From: a virus
Lineage: Duplodnaviria; Caudoviricetes
Virus record (IMG/VR): IMGVR_UViG_3300044960_000817
Location: 1 to 50,210 of that record
Direction: 5' to 3' (one strand)
Length of the DNA stretch: 50,210 nt
Below are positions 10,031 to 20,490 of the stretch, in pieces (within the stretch, counting starts at the first letter, position 1; each line of letters begins with the position of its first letter). The notes under the pieces were generated by a model. It worked only from the letters and a program-made list of their open reading frames with translations. It was not told where the DNA came from and did no database searches. Made by a program: the position numbers and the translations under genes.

Positions 10031-10405
10031 TTACTTGCTCTTGCCGACGCCCCGGCCGACCGGGGCGACCTCGGCCAGCATCTGCTCCTGGCGCGCCTCG
10101 CGCGCGTCCTCCTCGGCCGGCGTGAGCGGGCGGCCGGCCGCGCGCCGGCGCTGCTCCTCCTCCAGGCGCTGGCCGTGCGCATGACGGGTGGCCAGGTCGA
10201 CGAACTCGGCCCCGTCCAGCGCGCACTGGTAGGTCTCGGCCGTGTCGCTGACCTCGCCCACGTAATTGAGATCGATCAGCTTGCGATCGTTGCGCGCGCC
10301 GACCAGGCGGAAGATCTGGCCGCGATCCAGCGATTGGCCGTTATAGACGAACGGCCGCTTGGCCCAGACCCGCTTGCCGTTGGTGTCCACGTCCCTGCCT
10401 CCCAT
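10031..10405 (-). CDS. Hypothetical protein after capsid gene
   Basis: ORF with normal composition; start may be the GTG at 10390 behind GGAGG. Confidence 0.6.
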   Translation of the reverse strand: MGGRDVDTNGKRVWAKRPFVYNGQSLDRGQIFRLVGARNDRKLIDLNYVGEVSDTAETYQCALDGAEFVDLATRHAHGQRLEEEQRRRAAGRPLTPAEEDAREARQEQMLAEVAPVGRGVGKSK

Positions 10406-10456
10406 GCGGGGCCGGGCGGGTCGCCCGGCGCGTCATGCGATGAGTCCGGCGATCCG

Positions 10457-11413
10457 TCAGGCCGCCGCGTTTTGGGCGAAGATGCCGGCGCTCGCGCCGG
10501 TCAGCTTCTGATCGAAGTAGCTATTGGCCTCGATGATGTCGCACTCGCGCTCCTCATCGCGGAAGCGCCGGATGTACTGGATGGCGCTGGGCACGCGTTG
10601 CCAGACGAAGGTGTAGCCGCCGGAGGGCGTCAGCAGGCTCGGGCGCGGCGGCACGTAGATCAGCAGGGCATGCTTGCCCCAGATGCGGCTGTAGGTGACG
10701 CTGCCCTCGGCGGTGCCCTCGACGCTGGTGGTGTAGATCGCCTTGCCGACCATCACCTCGGGGATCTCGGCCAGCGCCGCGAAGAGCTCCAGCGAGACCT
10801 GGCCGCGCTGGGTGTACTTGATGGTATCGATCAGGTCCGGGTGCCATTTGAGCGACGACCAGAGCTGCTTGCCGATGATCAGTTTGTTCGGCTCGCGCCC
10901 GATCTTGCCCTCGATGTCGTCGCGCCAGGTCGTCAGATCGACCAGCGGCTGCGAGTTCGCATAATCGGACCACTGGGTGAAATCGGTGCCGCCGACCTTG
11001 TCCGCGCCCCACTTGCCGGTGGTGAAGAAGTCGGTGGCGAAGGCGACCTCGCGCCGCATCAGCATCTTGTCGGTGACCATCTCGACCGCGTCGCGGTCGA
11101 GATTGAAGACCGAGTCGGCGTTGTCGCGCTCCTCGTCGTAAATCTCGTGGCCATAGGAATAGCGGTCGCAGAAATAGGTTTCGCTGGTGTCGACGGTGAA
11201 GCCGCCCCGCGCGCTCTTGGTGCCCGGGGCGCGCAGCTTGGCCTCGTCGCGGAACCAGAAGCTCTGGTCGTACTTGGCGATCCGGTCCGACTGCTTCTGG
11301 ACCGGCACGAGCGGGAAAATCCGATCGGCGATATACTCCAGGTTCTGGTAGGCGATGCTGAGATTGGTCAGCAGCGCGTCGACGTGCAGGTCGCGCGCGG
11401 TCGGCTGCGGCAT
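10457..11413 (-). CDS. Major capsid protein
   Basis: 318 aa; HVDALLTNLSIAYQN..IADRIFPLVPV N-terminus typical of lambda-E-like capsids; GGAGG RBS. Confidence 0.9.
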   Translation of the reverse strand: MPQPTARDLHVDALLTNLSIAYQNLEYIADRIFPLVPVQKQSDRIAKYDQSFWFRDEAKLRAPGTKSARGGFTVDTSETYFCDRYSYGHEIYDEERDNADSVFNLDRDAVEMVTDKMLMRREVAFATDFFTTGKWGADKVGGTDFTQWSDYANSQPLVDLTTWRDDIEGKIGREPNKLIIGKQLWSSLKWHPDLIDTIKYTQRGQVSLELFAALAEIPEVMVGKAIYTTSVEGTAEGSVTYSRIWGKHALLIYVPPRPSLLTPSGGYTFVWQRVPSAIQYIRRFRDEERECDIIEANSYFDQKLTGASAGIFAQNAAA

Positions 11414-11439
11414 GGGTGTCCCTCCGTGGTGTGCGTGAG

Positions 11440-11481
11440 CAGGTCGCTACGGGGCTGGCGTAGCGCGCCAGCCAACGACCT
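11440..11481. promoter_or_regulatory. Stem-loop between decoration and capsid genes
   Basis: aggtcg...ggctggcg-tagcg-cgccagcc...cgacct inverted repeat in the capsid 5' leader. Confidence 0.5.
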
Positions 11482-11879
11482 TAGCCGGCCGCCGTCCGGA
11501 ACCAGTTGATCGGGATCATCAGGACGCGGATGATCGTGCCGTTGGCGCTGGAGGCATCCAGCGCGATACCCAGCACCGAGTAGTCGGCGGTCGCCTTCTT
11601 GACCAGCTTGCCGCTCGCGTTCGGCCCGACCAGATCGCCGGCGGCGATGGCGGTGCCAGAGCCGTCCGAGACGGCCTTGCTGATGCCCTGCAGGCGCACC
11701 TGCGCGGCCTGGTTGGCCGCCGGCTTGTTCTGGAGAATGCCGATGGCGCGGTCGGTGGCCGCGTTAGTGACATTGACGGTGTCGACGGCCGTGTACTCGA
11801 CGGCGTAGAACTGCTTGGCCGTCAGGTCGGCCGCTGCCTTGAAGCTCTCGTCCCAGTACTGCCCGCCCGAGGTAGCCAT
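11481..11879 (-). CDS. Capsid decoration/cement protein (DUF2190-like)
   Basis: AAADL...AIGILQNKP...IAAGDLV..NASGK...GIALD pattern; upstream of the capsid gene. Confidence 0.75.
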   Translation of the reverse strand: MATSGGQYWDESFKAAADLTAKQFYAVEYTAVDTVNVTNAATDRAIGILQNKPAANQAAQVRLQGISKAVSDGSGTAIAAGDLVGPNASGKLVKKATADYSVLGIALDASSANGTIIRVLMIPINWFRTAAG

Positions 11880-11922
11880 GTCTCATCTCCCGCGCTGTGG
11901 CTGTAGTCGTGGACCGCGCCGC

Positions 11923-13872
11923 TCAGCCGATGCCGGCGCGCGACCGGACGGTGTTGGTGATCGCGTGCTGCTCGTAGAGGTCGGGGTGCTCGCTGGCGAC
12001 GCGCGCGAGCGCGTCGGCATAGCTGAGCTGGCCCTCGGTCATCGCCTTGGCGACCAGCGCGCCCAGCCGGTCGGTCGGGCTGGTGCCGGCCGGCTCGCGG
12101 CGGCCCGAGCCCTGCTCGCGGAAGAGCGGCTGGACGGCGGCGGCCACGGCGCGGTTGTGCCGGATATACTCCTGGACCGCCTCGCTCTCCTCGCCGAAGG
12201 CCTGGGTCAGCCGCTCCAGCATCGCCAGGTGCTGCGCCGGCTCGCCGAACCAGCGGTGCGGGCTGTCATCGGCGCGCCCCATGATCTCGTCGGTGAAGCG
12301 CCGGGCGCGCGCCTCGGCCTCCTGGCGCGCCAGGCGCTCGGCCAGCGCCTTGCGCTCGGCGTCGGCCTGCTCGGCCAGCCGCTTGGCCTCGGCCAGTTGC
12401 GCCTGCAGCTCGGCGAACTGACGGGTCTGCTCCTCGGTGAGGGTGATCGTGTCGCCCATGCGAGTGACCTCCTCGGGCGCGGCGTCGGTCAGGCCGCGCT
12501 CGCTGGCGATGAGCGGGCGCAGCGCGCCCTCCTTGAAAAAAGGCCGCGTCGTGATCGCGCCGCCGATGGCGACGTCCCGGTGCTGCTGGCCGGTGGCCGG
12601 GTCAGTCCAGACGTCATAGAACTCCGGGCTGACGTACTTGAAGCGGTCGGCCTCGATCAGCGCCACGCCGCGATCGGTCCACGCCACGCGCGCGTCGGCG
12701 CTGCCGTCGGGGTTGACCCGCATGTCGGTGATCCAGCCGACCGCGCCGGAGAGCTTGCTCTCGTGCTCGGCGTCGAGCGGCAATTGCCGTTGGTAGACGC
12801 CGGCCTGGAATTGGCGGACGAAGTTCTCGTTGCGCGCGCGGCTGATCCGGATCTCGCCATAGCGCGGGTGCCGGTAGACGCCGGGCTTGGGCAGGTAGGG
12901 AATCCACTCCGGCGGCTCGGCGAAGGCGGCGGGGGCGGCCTCGATGAAGAGCCGCACGCCGCCGGTCGTGAGCTCGGCCAACTCGCGGTAGGACTGGACC
13001 TCGTCGGCCTCGGCGTCGGTCAGCCCGAGCAGCGCGAACGCGCTGCGCTCGTGGCCGACGGCGACGGTGACCGCGTCGAAGGCGAGCGGGCGCGCCGCGC
13101 CCGGCGCGTCCGGGGCGGGCGCGCCGGGGGCGAGATAGGCGAGCGTGATGTGCGGCAGGAAACCGTGCTCCTGGCTGACCGGCAGGCCGGCCGCCGCCAG
13201 CGCCTCGGCCAGCGCCTCGCGGAAGGCCCCCAGCGCGGGCGCATCGATCAGGGCGTGCAGGCATTCCAGCCCGTCGCTGTCGGCGGTGGGCAGGAAGCGC
13301 CCCAGGCCGGCCACGCGGGCGGTCAGCGGCGGCTGGCCGGCGGCGAGCCGGCCGACGACGCTGCGGGCGGTCGCCGCCTGCTCGTCGGTCAGGTCGCCCA
13401 GGTGGACCAGCGTCAGGTGCAGATCATCGGCGCGCTCGCCGCCGGGCACCGCCAGCGCCGCGGCGTCGGCCGGGTCGGGCCAGAGCGCGACGATGCTGCT
13501 GGTGAAGCGCACCGGGTCGGCCGCCTGGCGCGCGCGCAGCGTCTCGGCGCGCATCATGCCGCCGGCGTGGCCGCGGGCGCGGCGAACACACTCGTCGAAA
13601 TGCTCCGGCGCGACCTTCTCGCGCAGCAGCTCGCGCAGCCGGGCCAGGAAATACCGGGTCGGCCGCGGCTGGTCCGCGCCGTCCGGGTCGCCCTCGGCGG
13701 CGCGGACGGTGCCATTGGCCAGCCGGAAGGCGGCCGCCTCGCAGTCCGCGCCGCGCTCGGCCTGGCAGCGCGCATAGGCGCTATTCCAGACGTCGACCCA
13801 GCGCCGGCGCGGCGCGGCCGGCATGGCGCGGACGTGGGCGGGCAGGTCTGGACTGTCGATCGTGTACGGCAC
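11923..13872 (-). CDS. ChaB - 2H phosphoesterase - Mu gpI-like prohead protease - scaffold fusion
   Basis: ChaB-like MPY..DLPAHVR..RRWVDVWNSAY; two HxT motifs (HLT 13411-13419, HIT 13144-13152); protease motifs LDAEH, AVGWI, WTDRG, KYVSPEF, TTRPF; C-terminal coiled coil. Confidence 0.85.
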   Translation of the reverse strand: MPYTIDSPDLPAHVRAMPAAPRRRWVDVWNSAYARCQAERGADCEAAAFRLANGTVRAAEGDPDGADQPRPTRYFLARLRELLREKVAPEHFDECVRRARGHAGGMMRAETLRARQAADPVRFTSSIVALWPDPADAAALAVPGGERADDLHLTLVHLGDLTDEQAATARSVVGRLAAGQPPLTARVAGLGRFLPTADSDGLECLHALIDAPALGAFREALAEALAAAGLPVSQEHGFLPHITLAYLAPGAPAPDAPGAARPLAFDAVTVAVGHERSAFALLGLTDAEADEVQSYRELAELTTGGVRLFIEAAPAAFAEPPEWIPYLPKPGVYRHPRYGEIRISRARNENFVRQFQAGVYQRQLPLDAEHESKLSGAVGWITDMRVNPDGSADARVAWTDRGVALIEADRFKYVSPEFYDVWTDPATGQQHRDVAIGGAITTRPFFKEGALRPLIASERGLTDAAPEEVTRMGDTITLTEEQTRQFAELQAQLAEAKRLAEQADAERKALAERLARQEAEARARRFTDEIMGRADDSPHRWFGEPAQHLAMLERLTQAFGEESEAVQEYIRHNRAVAAAVQPLFREQGSGRREPAGTSPTDRLGALVAKAMTEGQLSYADALARVASEHPDLYEQHAITNTVRSRAGIG

Positions 13873-13943
13873 GCGAAAGGCCCAGCGATCGTCCCTCGTG
13901 GGGGCTTGGCTGGGCCTCGCGGGCCTTCCGATTCAGTTGTCCT

Positions 13944-13972
13944 ATCCTATCGCGCCCGCCGCCGCCGCGCAA
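13944..13972 (-). promoter_or_regulatory. Putative promoter of protease-capsid operon
   Basis: TTGCGC-N17-TAGGAT followed by ACAACTGAAT and a hairpin leader. Confidence 0.5.
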
Positions 13973-13994
13973 CTCCCGGCGCGCGCCCAGCGTC

Positions 13995-14291
13995 CTAGCC
14001 GACCCAATCGATCTGCGGGCCGGCGGCAACCAGGCGGCCGGCGGCCATTTCTGCCGCGGCCCAGTCGGCGTCCTCGGCCTGATAGTCGTAGTTGAGCAGG
14101 TCCTCCGGGCGGGCCGGCAGCTCGGTGTAGTGCAGCGGGCCGCATATGCCGACCACCCGATCGCCGGTCGGGTTGCGCCGCTCGGCGTCCCAGATCGCCT
14201 CGGTCATGACGGCGTAGCGCTCGCCGCTGGCCGTGTGCCGCATGATGCCGTACCAATAGCTCTGCCCCTCGCGCCGCGTCGCCATGGTCAT
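13995..14291 (-). CDS. Small accessory protein
   Basis: MTMATRREGQSYWYG...; GGGAGG RBS; own promoter at 14344-14372. Confidence 0.7.
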   Translation of the reverse strand: MTMATRREGQSYWYGIMRHTASGERYAVMTEAIWDAERRNPTGDRVVGICGPLHYTELPARPEDLLNYDYQAEDADWAAAEMAAGRLVAAGPQIDWVG

Positions 14292-14341
14292 CGTCCTCCC
14301 CGCCTGGCCGGCCCTGCGACCGGCGCTCGCCAATCCTGCCC

Positions 14342-14372
14342 GCATGATATAACACTAGATGCGGGGTGCCAA
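14342..14372 (-). promoter_or_regulatory. Sigma70-type promoter with shared 14-bp box
   Basis: TTGGCA-N17-TATCAT; box GTGTTATATCATGC. Confidence 0.75.
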
Positions 14373-14386
14373 GAGGGTCTGGCGAA

Positions 14387-14414
14387 CGGGGCCGGGGCGG
14401 TCGCCCCGGCCCCG
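14387..14414. terminator. GC hairpin after 14422-14670 gene
   Basis: cggggccggggcg/cgccccggccccg inverted repeat; no clear U-tract. Confidence 0.4.
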
Positions 14415-14421
14415 CGCCGGC

Positions 14422-14670
14422 CTAGCCGGCGATCACCGCCAGCGGGTTGGTGCCAGGCGGCACCCGCATCGCCAGGGCCTCGAAGCGGCCGTCGTCCTGG
14501 CGGTAGTAGCAAACGACCGTCCGCAGTCCAACCTGGGCCCAGGCGGCGCTGACCCCGCCGCTCAGCTCATGGTGGACGATGCCCGCCCGCCCACCTCCAC
14601 GCCGGACGAGCGCCCAAACAACATCCTCGTCGACGACCCACTGCTTCGCCATGACCCACGGCCTCGCCAT
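14422..14670 (-). CDS. Small accessory protein
   Basis: MARPWVMAKQWVV...; GGGAGG RBS; consensus promoter upstream. Confidence 0.65.
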   Translation of the reverse strand: MARPWVMAKQWVVDEDVVWALVRRGGGRAGIVHHELSGGVSAAWAQVGLRTVVCYYRQDDGRFEALAMRVPPGTNPLAVIAG

Positions 14671-14708
14671 CTCGCCCTCCCTTCTGCCTGCCCGATCCAA
14701 TCCTGCCT

Positions 14709-14739
14709 GCATTATATAACACTATGTGAGGGATGTCAA
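14709..14739 (-). promoter_or_regulatory. Perfect sigma70 consensus promoter with shared 14-bp box
   Basis: TTGACA-N17-TATAAT; box GTGTTATATAATGC. Confidence 0.9.
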
Positions 14740-14853
14740 TCGGGTCTGGCGGCCAGCCGCCCTGGCCCAGGGGCCTTGACGACATGATGACGCTGTGCTG
14801 CACTGTAATCATACTCGCGGGAGTGGACGCTCTCACCACGAGGAGGGAGCGCG

Positions 14854-15291
14854 ATGCCGCATCCATTCGTCCAGTTCCGGGTCGCCGGCGAGGTGGGCGA
14901 CCACCTGCGCCGCCGCGCGAGCGGCCGGCCGCTCGGCGGGATCGCCCGGCGCGACCTGGAGCGGTACTACGCGCTGCTGGCCCAGTCGCTGCGGCGGATC
15001 GCGCTCAGCCAGGACGAGGCGAGCCTGATCGCCGTCGCCTGCAACGGCGTCCTCTGGACGCCGCAGACCGTCGACCTGATTTGGGCCGAGGTCGACGAGG
15101 CGATCCGCGCCGACCGCCTCGACCAGCAATGGGGCGTCGACGGCCCGGCGCTGGTCGATCTGCTGCGGGCGCTCGGGCCGGCCGAGCGGCTGGCGCTGGT
15201 CGATGCCGTCGAGCACCTCTGGACGCTGGTCGGCCAGGGCGACCCGCGCCCGCTGCCGGAACTGCTGCGGGCGGTCGGGCTGGTGGGGTAG
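14854..15291 (+). CDS. Hypothetical protein, possible N-terminal ribbon-helix-helix DNA-binding domain
   Basis: GAGGAGG RBS; FVQFRV strand followed by two helices. Confidence 0.65.
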   Translation: MPHPFVQFRVAGEVGDHLRRRASGRPLGGIARRDLERYYALLAQSLRRIALSQDEASLIAVACNGVLWTPQTVDLIWAEVDEAIRADRLDQQWGVDGPALVDLLRALGPAERLALVDAVEHLWTLVGQGDPRPLPELLRAVGLVG

Positions 15292-15539
15292 GGGGTGGCG
15301 ACATGGCACGGAATTGGGCTGGCCGGAAACGCGGGGTCGGCATGGCGACTGCCTGCCCCTGGAGCCCGCGCGGCCAGCGCCGGACGCCGGTGCGCGCCGT
15401 CTCTGCGGCGCTGGCCGCGCGATCGCGCTCCGCGCCGGCCTGTGGTGCCGCCGGTGCTGGCCGTTCGTCCTGATCTGATTGCTCACGCGATCCCACTCCC
15501 CGACCGGGGCGCGGGATCGTCTCTCTGTAGAGAGGAGGG

Positions 15540-15776
15540 ATGGCGATGATCCTGGACTGGCGCTATACCCGCCCCTGGCGCGTCGAGGTCACCTGCGCCT
15601 CGGGCCGGACCTACACTATCGACGTCAGCGGGGGCGACGATGCCATCGGCTGGGCGGCCTCTGTCAACGAGCTGCCTGGCACGGTCTGGCATTACCAGAC
15701 CGCCCACGAGGCGGTCAGCGACGCGCTCGACGCGATCGACCGCGTCGAGCGCAGGGAGACGGCGAATGCGCGCTGA
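15540..15776 (+). CDS. Small accessory protein
   Basis: GAGGAGG RBS; 78 aa; overlaps next start. Confidence 0.65.
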   Translation: MAMILDWRYTRPWRVEVTCASGRTYTIDVSGGDDAIGWAASVNELPGTVWHYQTAHEAVSDALDAIDRVERRETANAR

Positions 15777-16173
15777 TCTCGCCTGGTCCGACCAGCCGGT
15801 GGACCGGCTGGTCAACCTGACGCCGCACGCCGTCGCGCTCGTGCTCGCCGAGGGCGAGGGCGAGCCGGTCACGCTGGTCATTCCGCCCAGCGGGCAGGTC
15901 GCCCGCTGCGCGGAGATGGCCAGCCGGGTCGGCACGGTCTGCCACCGCGAATCAGCGACGATTCGCGGCGGGATCGACGTCCCCGTGGTCAAAATGATCT
16001 ACGGGGAGATCACCGGGCTGCCGGAGCCGCAGCCCGGCCGCTACTACATCGTCAGCCGCCTGGTGGCCGAGGCGGCGGCGGCGCTGGGCCGGCGGGACTG
16101 CCTCGTCCCGGCCCAGACGGTCCGGGACGGGCAGGGCCGGATCACGGGCTGCCGGGCGCTGGCGCTGGTCTAG
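15766..16173 (+). CDS. NLTPH-motif family phage protein (possible cyclic-oligonucleotide ring nuclease)
   Basis: LVNLTPH, IPPSGQVAR, GLPEP, YYIVS, VRD..G.I.GC motifs; GGGAG RBS before ATG 15766; function is inference. Confidence 0.7.
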   Translation: MRADLAWSDQPVDRLVNLTPHAVALVLAEGEGEPVTLVIPPSGQVARCAEMASRVGTVCHRESATIRGGIDVPVVKMIYGEITGLPEPQPGRYYIVSRLVAEAAAALGRRDCLVPAQTVRDGQGRITGCRALALV

Positions 16174-16408
16174 CGCCGGGCAGCGCCGGCGGATCGTCGC
16201 CTGGCGGATCGCCATCATCCGCGCCGGCCGCGGGCGGCAGCAGGCGCAGGCGCGGCACCCGGACGGCGTTGAAGGTGTGGCAATTGTAGCACTTGATCTC
16301 GGCCGCGCAGCCCGGCTGCCAGCGGAAACGCCCCAGCAGCCGGTTGCAGCGCGAGCAGCGCCACTGCTCCAGGTCGCCGTCATCCGGCCAGGCCAGCGTC
16401 CTAGCCAC
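16142..16408 (-). CDS. Com-family zinc-ribbon regulator
   Basis: WRCSRCNRLL...EIKCYNCHTFN matches the Mu Com pattern. Confidence 0.8.
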   Translation of the reverse strand: MARTLAWPDDGDLEQWRCSRCNRLLGRFRWQPGCAAEIKCYNCHTFNAVRVPRLRLLPPAAGADDGDPPGDDPPALPGARPAPAPGSP

Positions 16409-17315
16409 CGGGGCGCTCCTCGCCGGCGCGCACCAGCGCGATCGCGCAGCGGCAGGCCGGGTGCATCGGCGGCGTCAGCACCGGCCCGAGCGGGGTGGCG
16501 AACGGCTCGGTCAGGCCGACGCCGGGCCGGCCGAACATCTGGCGGCAGTGCGGGCAGGTGCGGTCGTCGCGAGTGACGATCCAGAGCCGCCGCCACTCGG
16601 CCGGCTGGAAGAGGCCGTCGGCGGCCGCCTGCTGCCAGAGCAGTTGCTGGCCGAGGTTGCTGGCGCGCAGCGTCTCGGTGCGGGCGATCAGGGTGGCGCG
16701 CTGGCGGTGCAGCCGGTCGGCGTAGCGGCCGGCGCGGGCGGCCACCTGCGCCGCCGTCAAGCGCCCCAGCAGCGCCTCGGCCTCCAGCCCGGCCAGATAG
16801 TTCTGGTAGGCGGTTGCCGCCGGGCCGGCCAGCCCGATCAGCGGCCGGATGCGCCGGGCGATGGTCGGGATATCCTCGCCGCCCGCCAGGCCACGCCGGA
16901 TCGCCGCGCGCAGCGCCGCCCGCGTCGTGTCGGTCACGCCGGTCACCAGCGCCGCGCCGACCTGGTCGACCGCCGCCAGCGCCAGCGGGTTGAGCAGATC
17001 GAAGCGGATCGCCAGCCCGGCCGCGTCGCGGCCCAGCAGCGTCGGCAACTGGTCGGCCGCCACCCGCAGGCCGGCGCGCGCCGCCGCCAGCAGCACCGGC
17101 GCGAGCAGTAGCCGCAGCCGCTCGCCCTGCGCCGGCCAGTCGATCGTCGCCACCGCCGCCGCCAGGTCGCCGCGCTGGATGGCCGCCCGCGCCGCGCCGG
17201 CGTCGAGCGCCGCCTGGAGCCCGCTCACCCAGGCGGCCCAGGCGCGCCGGAAGGCCGCCAGTTGGCCGTCCGCCGCCCGATGGAGCGCCGCGTAGAGCGC
17301 CGCCAGTCCCGCCAT
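16401..17315 (-). CDS. MuF / SPP1 gp7-like minor head protein (short form)
   Basis: RATLIARTET, W...DDRTCPHC, PPMHPACRC; follows the portal. Confidence 0.88.
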   Translation of the reverse strand: MAGLAALYAALHRAADGQLAAFRRAWAAWVSGLQAALDAGAARAAIQRGDLAAAVATIDWPAQGERLRLLLAPVLLAAARAGLRVAADQLPTLLGRDAAGLAIRFDLLNPLALAAVDQVGAALVTGVTDTTRAALRAAIRRGLAGGEDIPTIARRIRPLIGLAGPAATAYQNYLAGLEAEALLGRLTAAQVAARAGRYADRLHRQRATLIARTETLRASNLGQQLLWQQAAADGLFQPAEWRRLWIVTRDDRTCPHCRQMFGRPGVGLTEPFATPLGPVLTPPMHPACRCAIALVRAGEERPGG

Positions 17316-17316
17316 G

Positions 17317-17465
17317 CTAGTCCGGCGCATACCCGAGGATGCGCCGCACCTCGCCCACGACCGCCGCCGCGCCGGCCGCGCCACCCTTGGGCATCCACTG
17401 GCCGCCCAGCGGATGGCCCTTGGGATAGCGCGGCTGGGACGGGCTATAGAACTGCCGCGAGGCGC

Positions 17466-17469
<4 letters not shown>
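17317..17469 (-). CDS. Uncalled 50-aa micro-protein with QPR...GGQW motif
   Basis: GTG overlaps the portal stop (GTGA), TAG 1 nt before the MuF ATG; MSASRQFYSPSQPRYPKGHPLGGQWMPKGG...GYAPD. Confidence 0.7.
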
Positions 17470-19984
<2,515 letters not shown>

Positions 19985-19985
<1 letters not shown>

Positions 19986-20488
19986 CAGGCGCTTCCCTCC
20001 GGACCGGTCCCGGCCGGCGCGCACCAGATCACGTCGCGCGGCCCGCGCCCGGTCTCCTCGTCGTCCACGGCGCGCCGGGCCGGCGCGGGGCCGGGCGCGG
20101 GCGCGGGGTCGAGCGGGGCGGCCACGAGCGCGCCGCGCAGCGTGAGGCAGATCTCGCCCGGCAGCAGCTGGTCGCTGTCGTCCCAGGTGCCACGGAACCG
20201 ATCGTCCAGCACGGTCGGGTCGAAGCAGTCGGCCGCGCGGGCGCGCAGCACGCACCCGTCGAGCCGATCGGCCAGGGCGGGGTCGTCCAGGTCGATCTGG
20301 AGCGTGATGCGCCGGCGCGCGGCCACCGCCGGGTCGCGCCGGGCCGGCGTGGCCGCGCGCCGGGCGGGGCCCGTGCCAGTGGTGGTGTGGATGGTGACCA
20401 TGCTCGGCACGAGGCGAATGATGGGCCGGGGCGAGCGGGGCAGCGCGGCGTCGTCCGGGCCGGTGACGATGATGGAGGAGACGGTCAT
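19985..20488 (-). CDS. Hypothetical protein between TerL and portal
   Basis: MTVSSIIV... with GGAGG RBS; stop abuts the portal start. Confidence 0.55.
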
Positions 20489-20490
20489 GG

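Noticed and set aside
354-13998. Long plus-strand ORFs (e.g. 354-1982, 5150-8299, 9638-11509, 11815-13998)
   Set aside because: Antisense shadows of real minus-strand genes, expected in very GC-rich DNA; Arg/Gly/Pro-rich with no motifs.
16401-17315. MuF polymorphic toxin
   Set aside because: The protein ends just after HPACRC; the toxin-like domain is on the portal.
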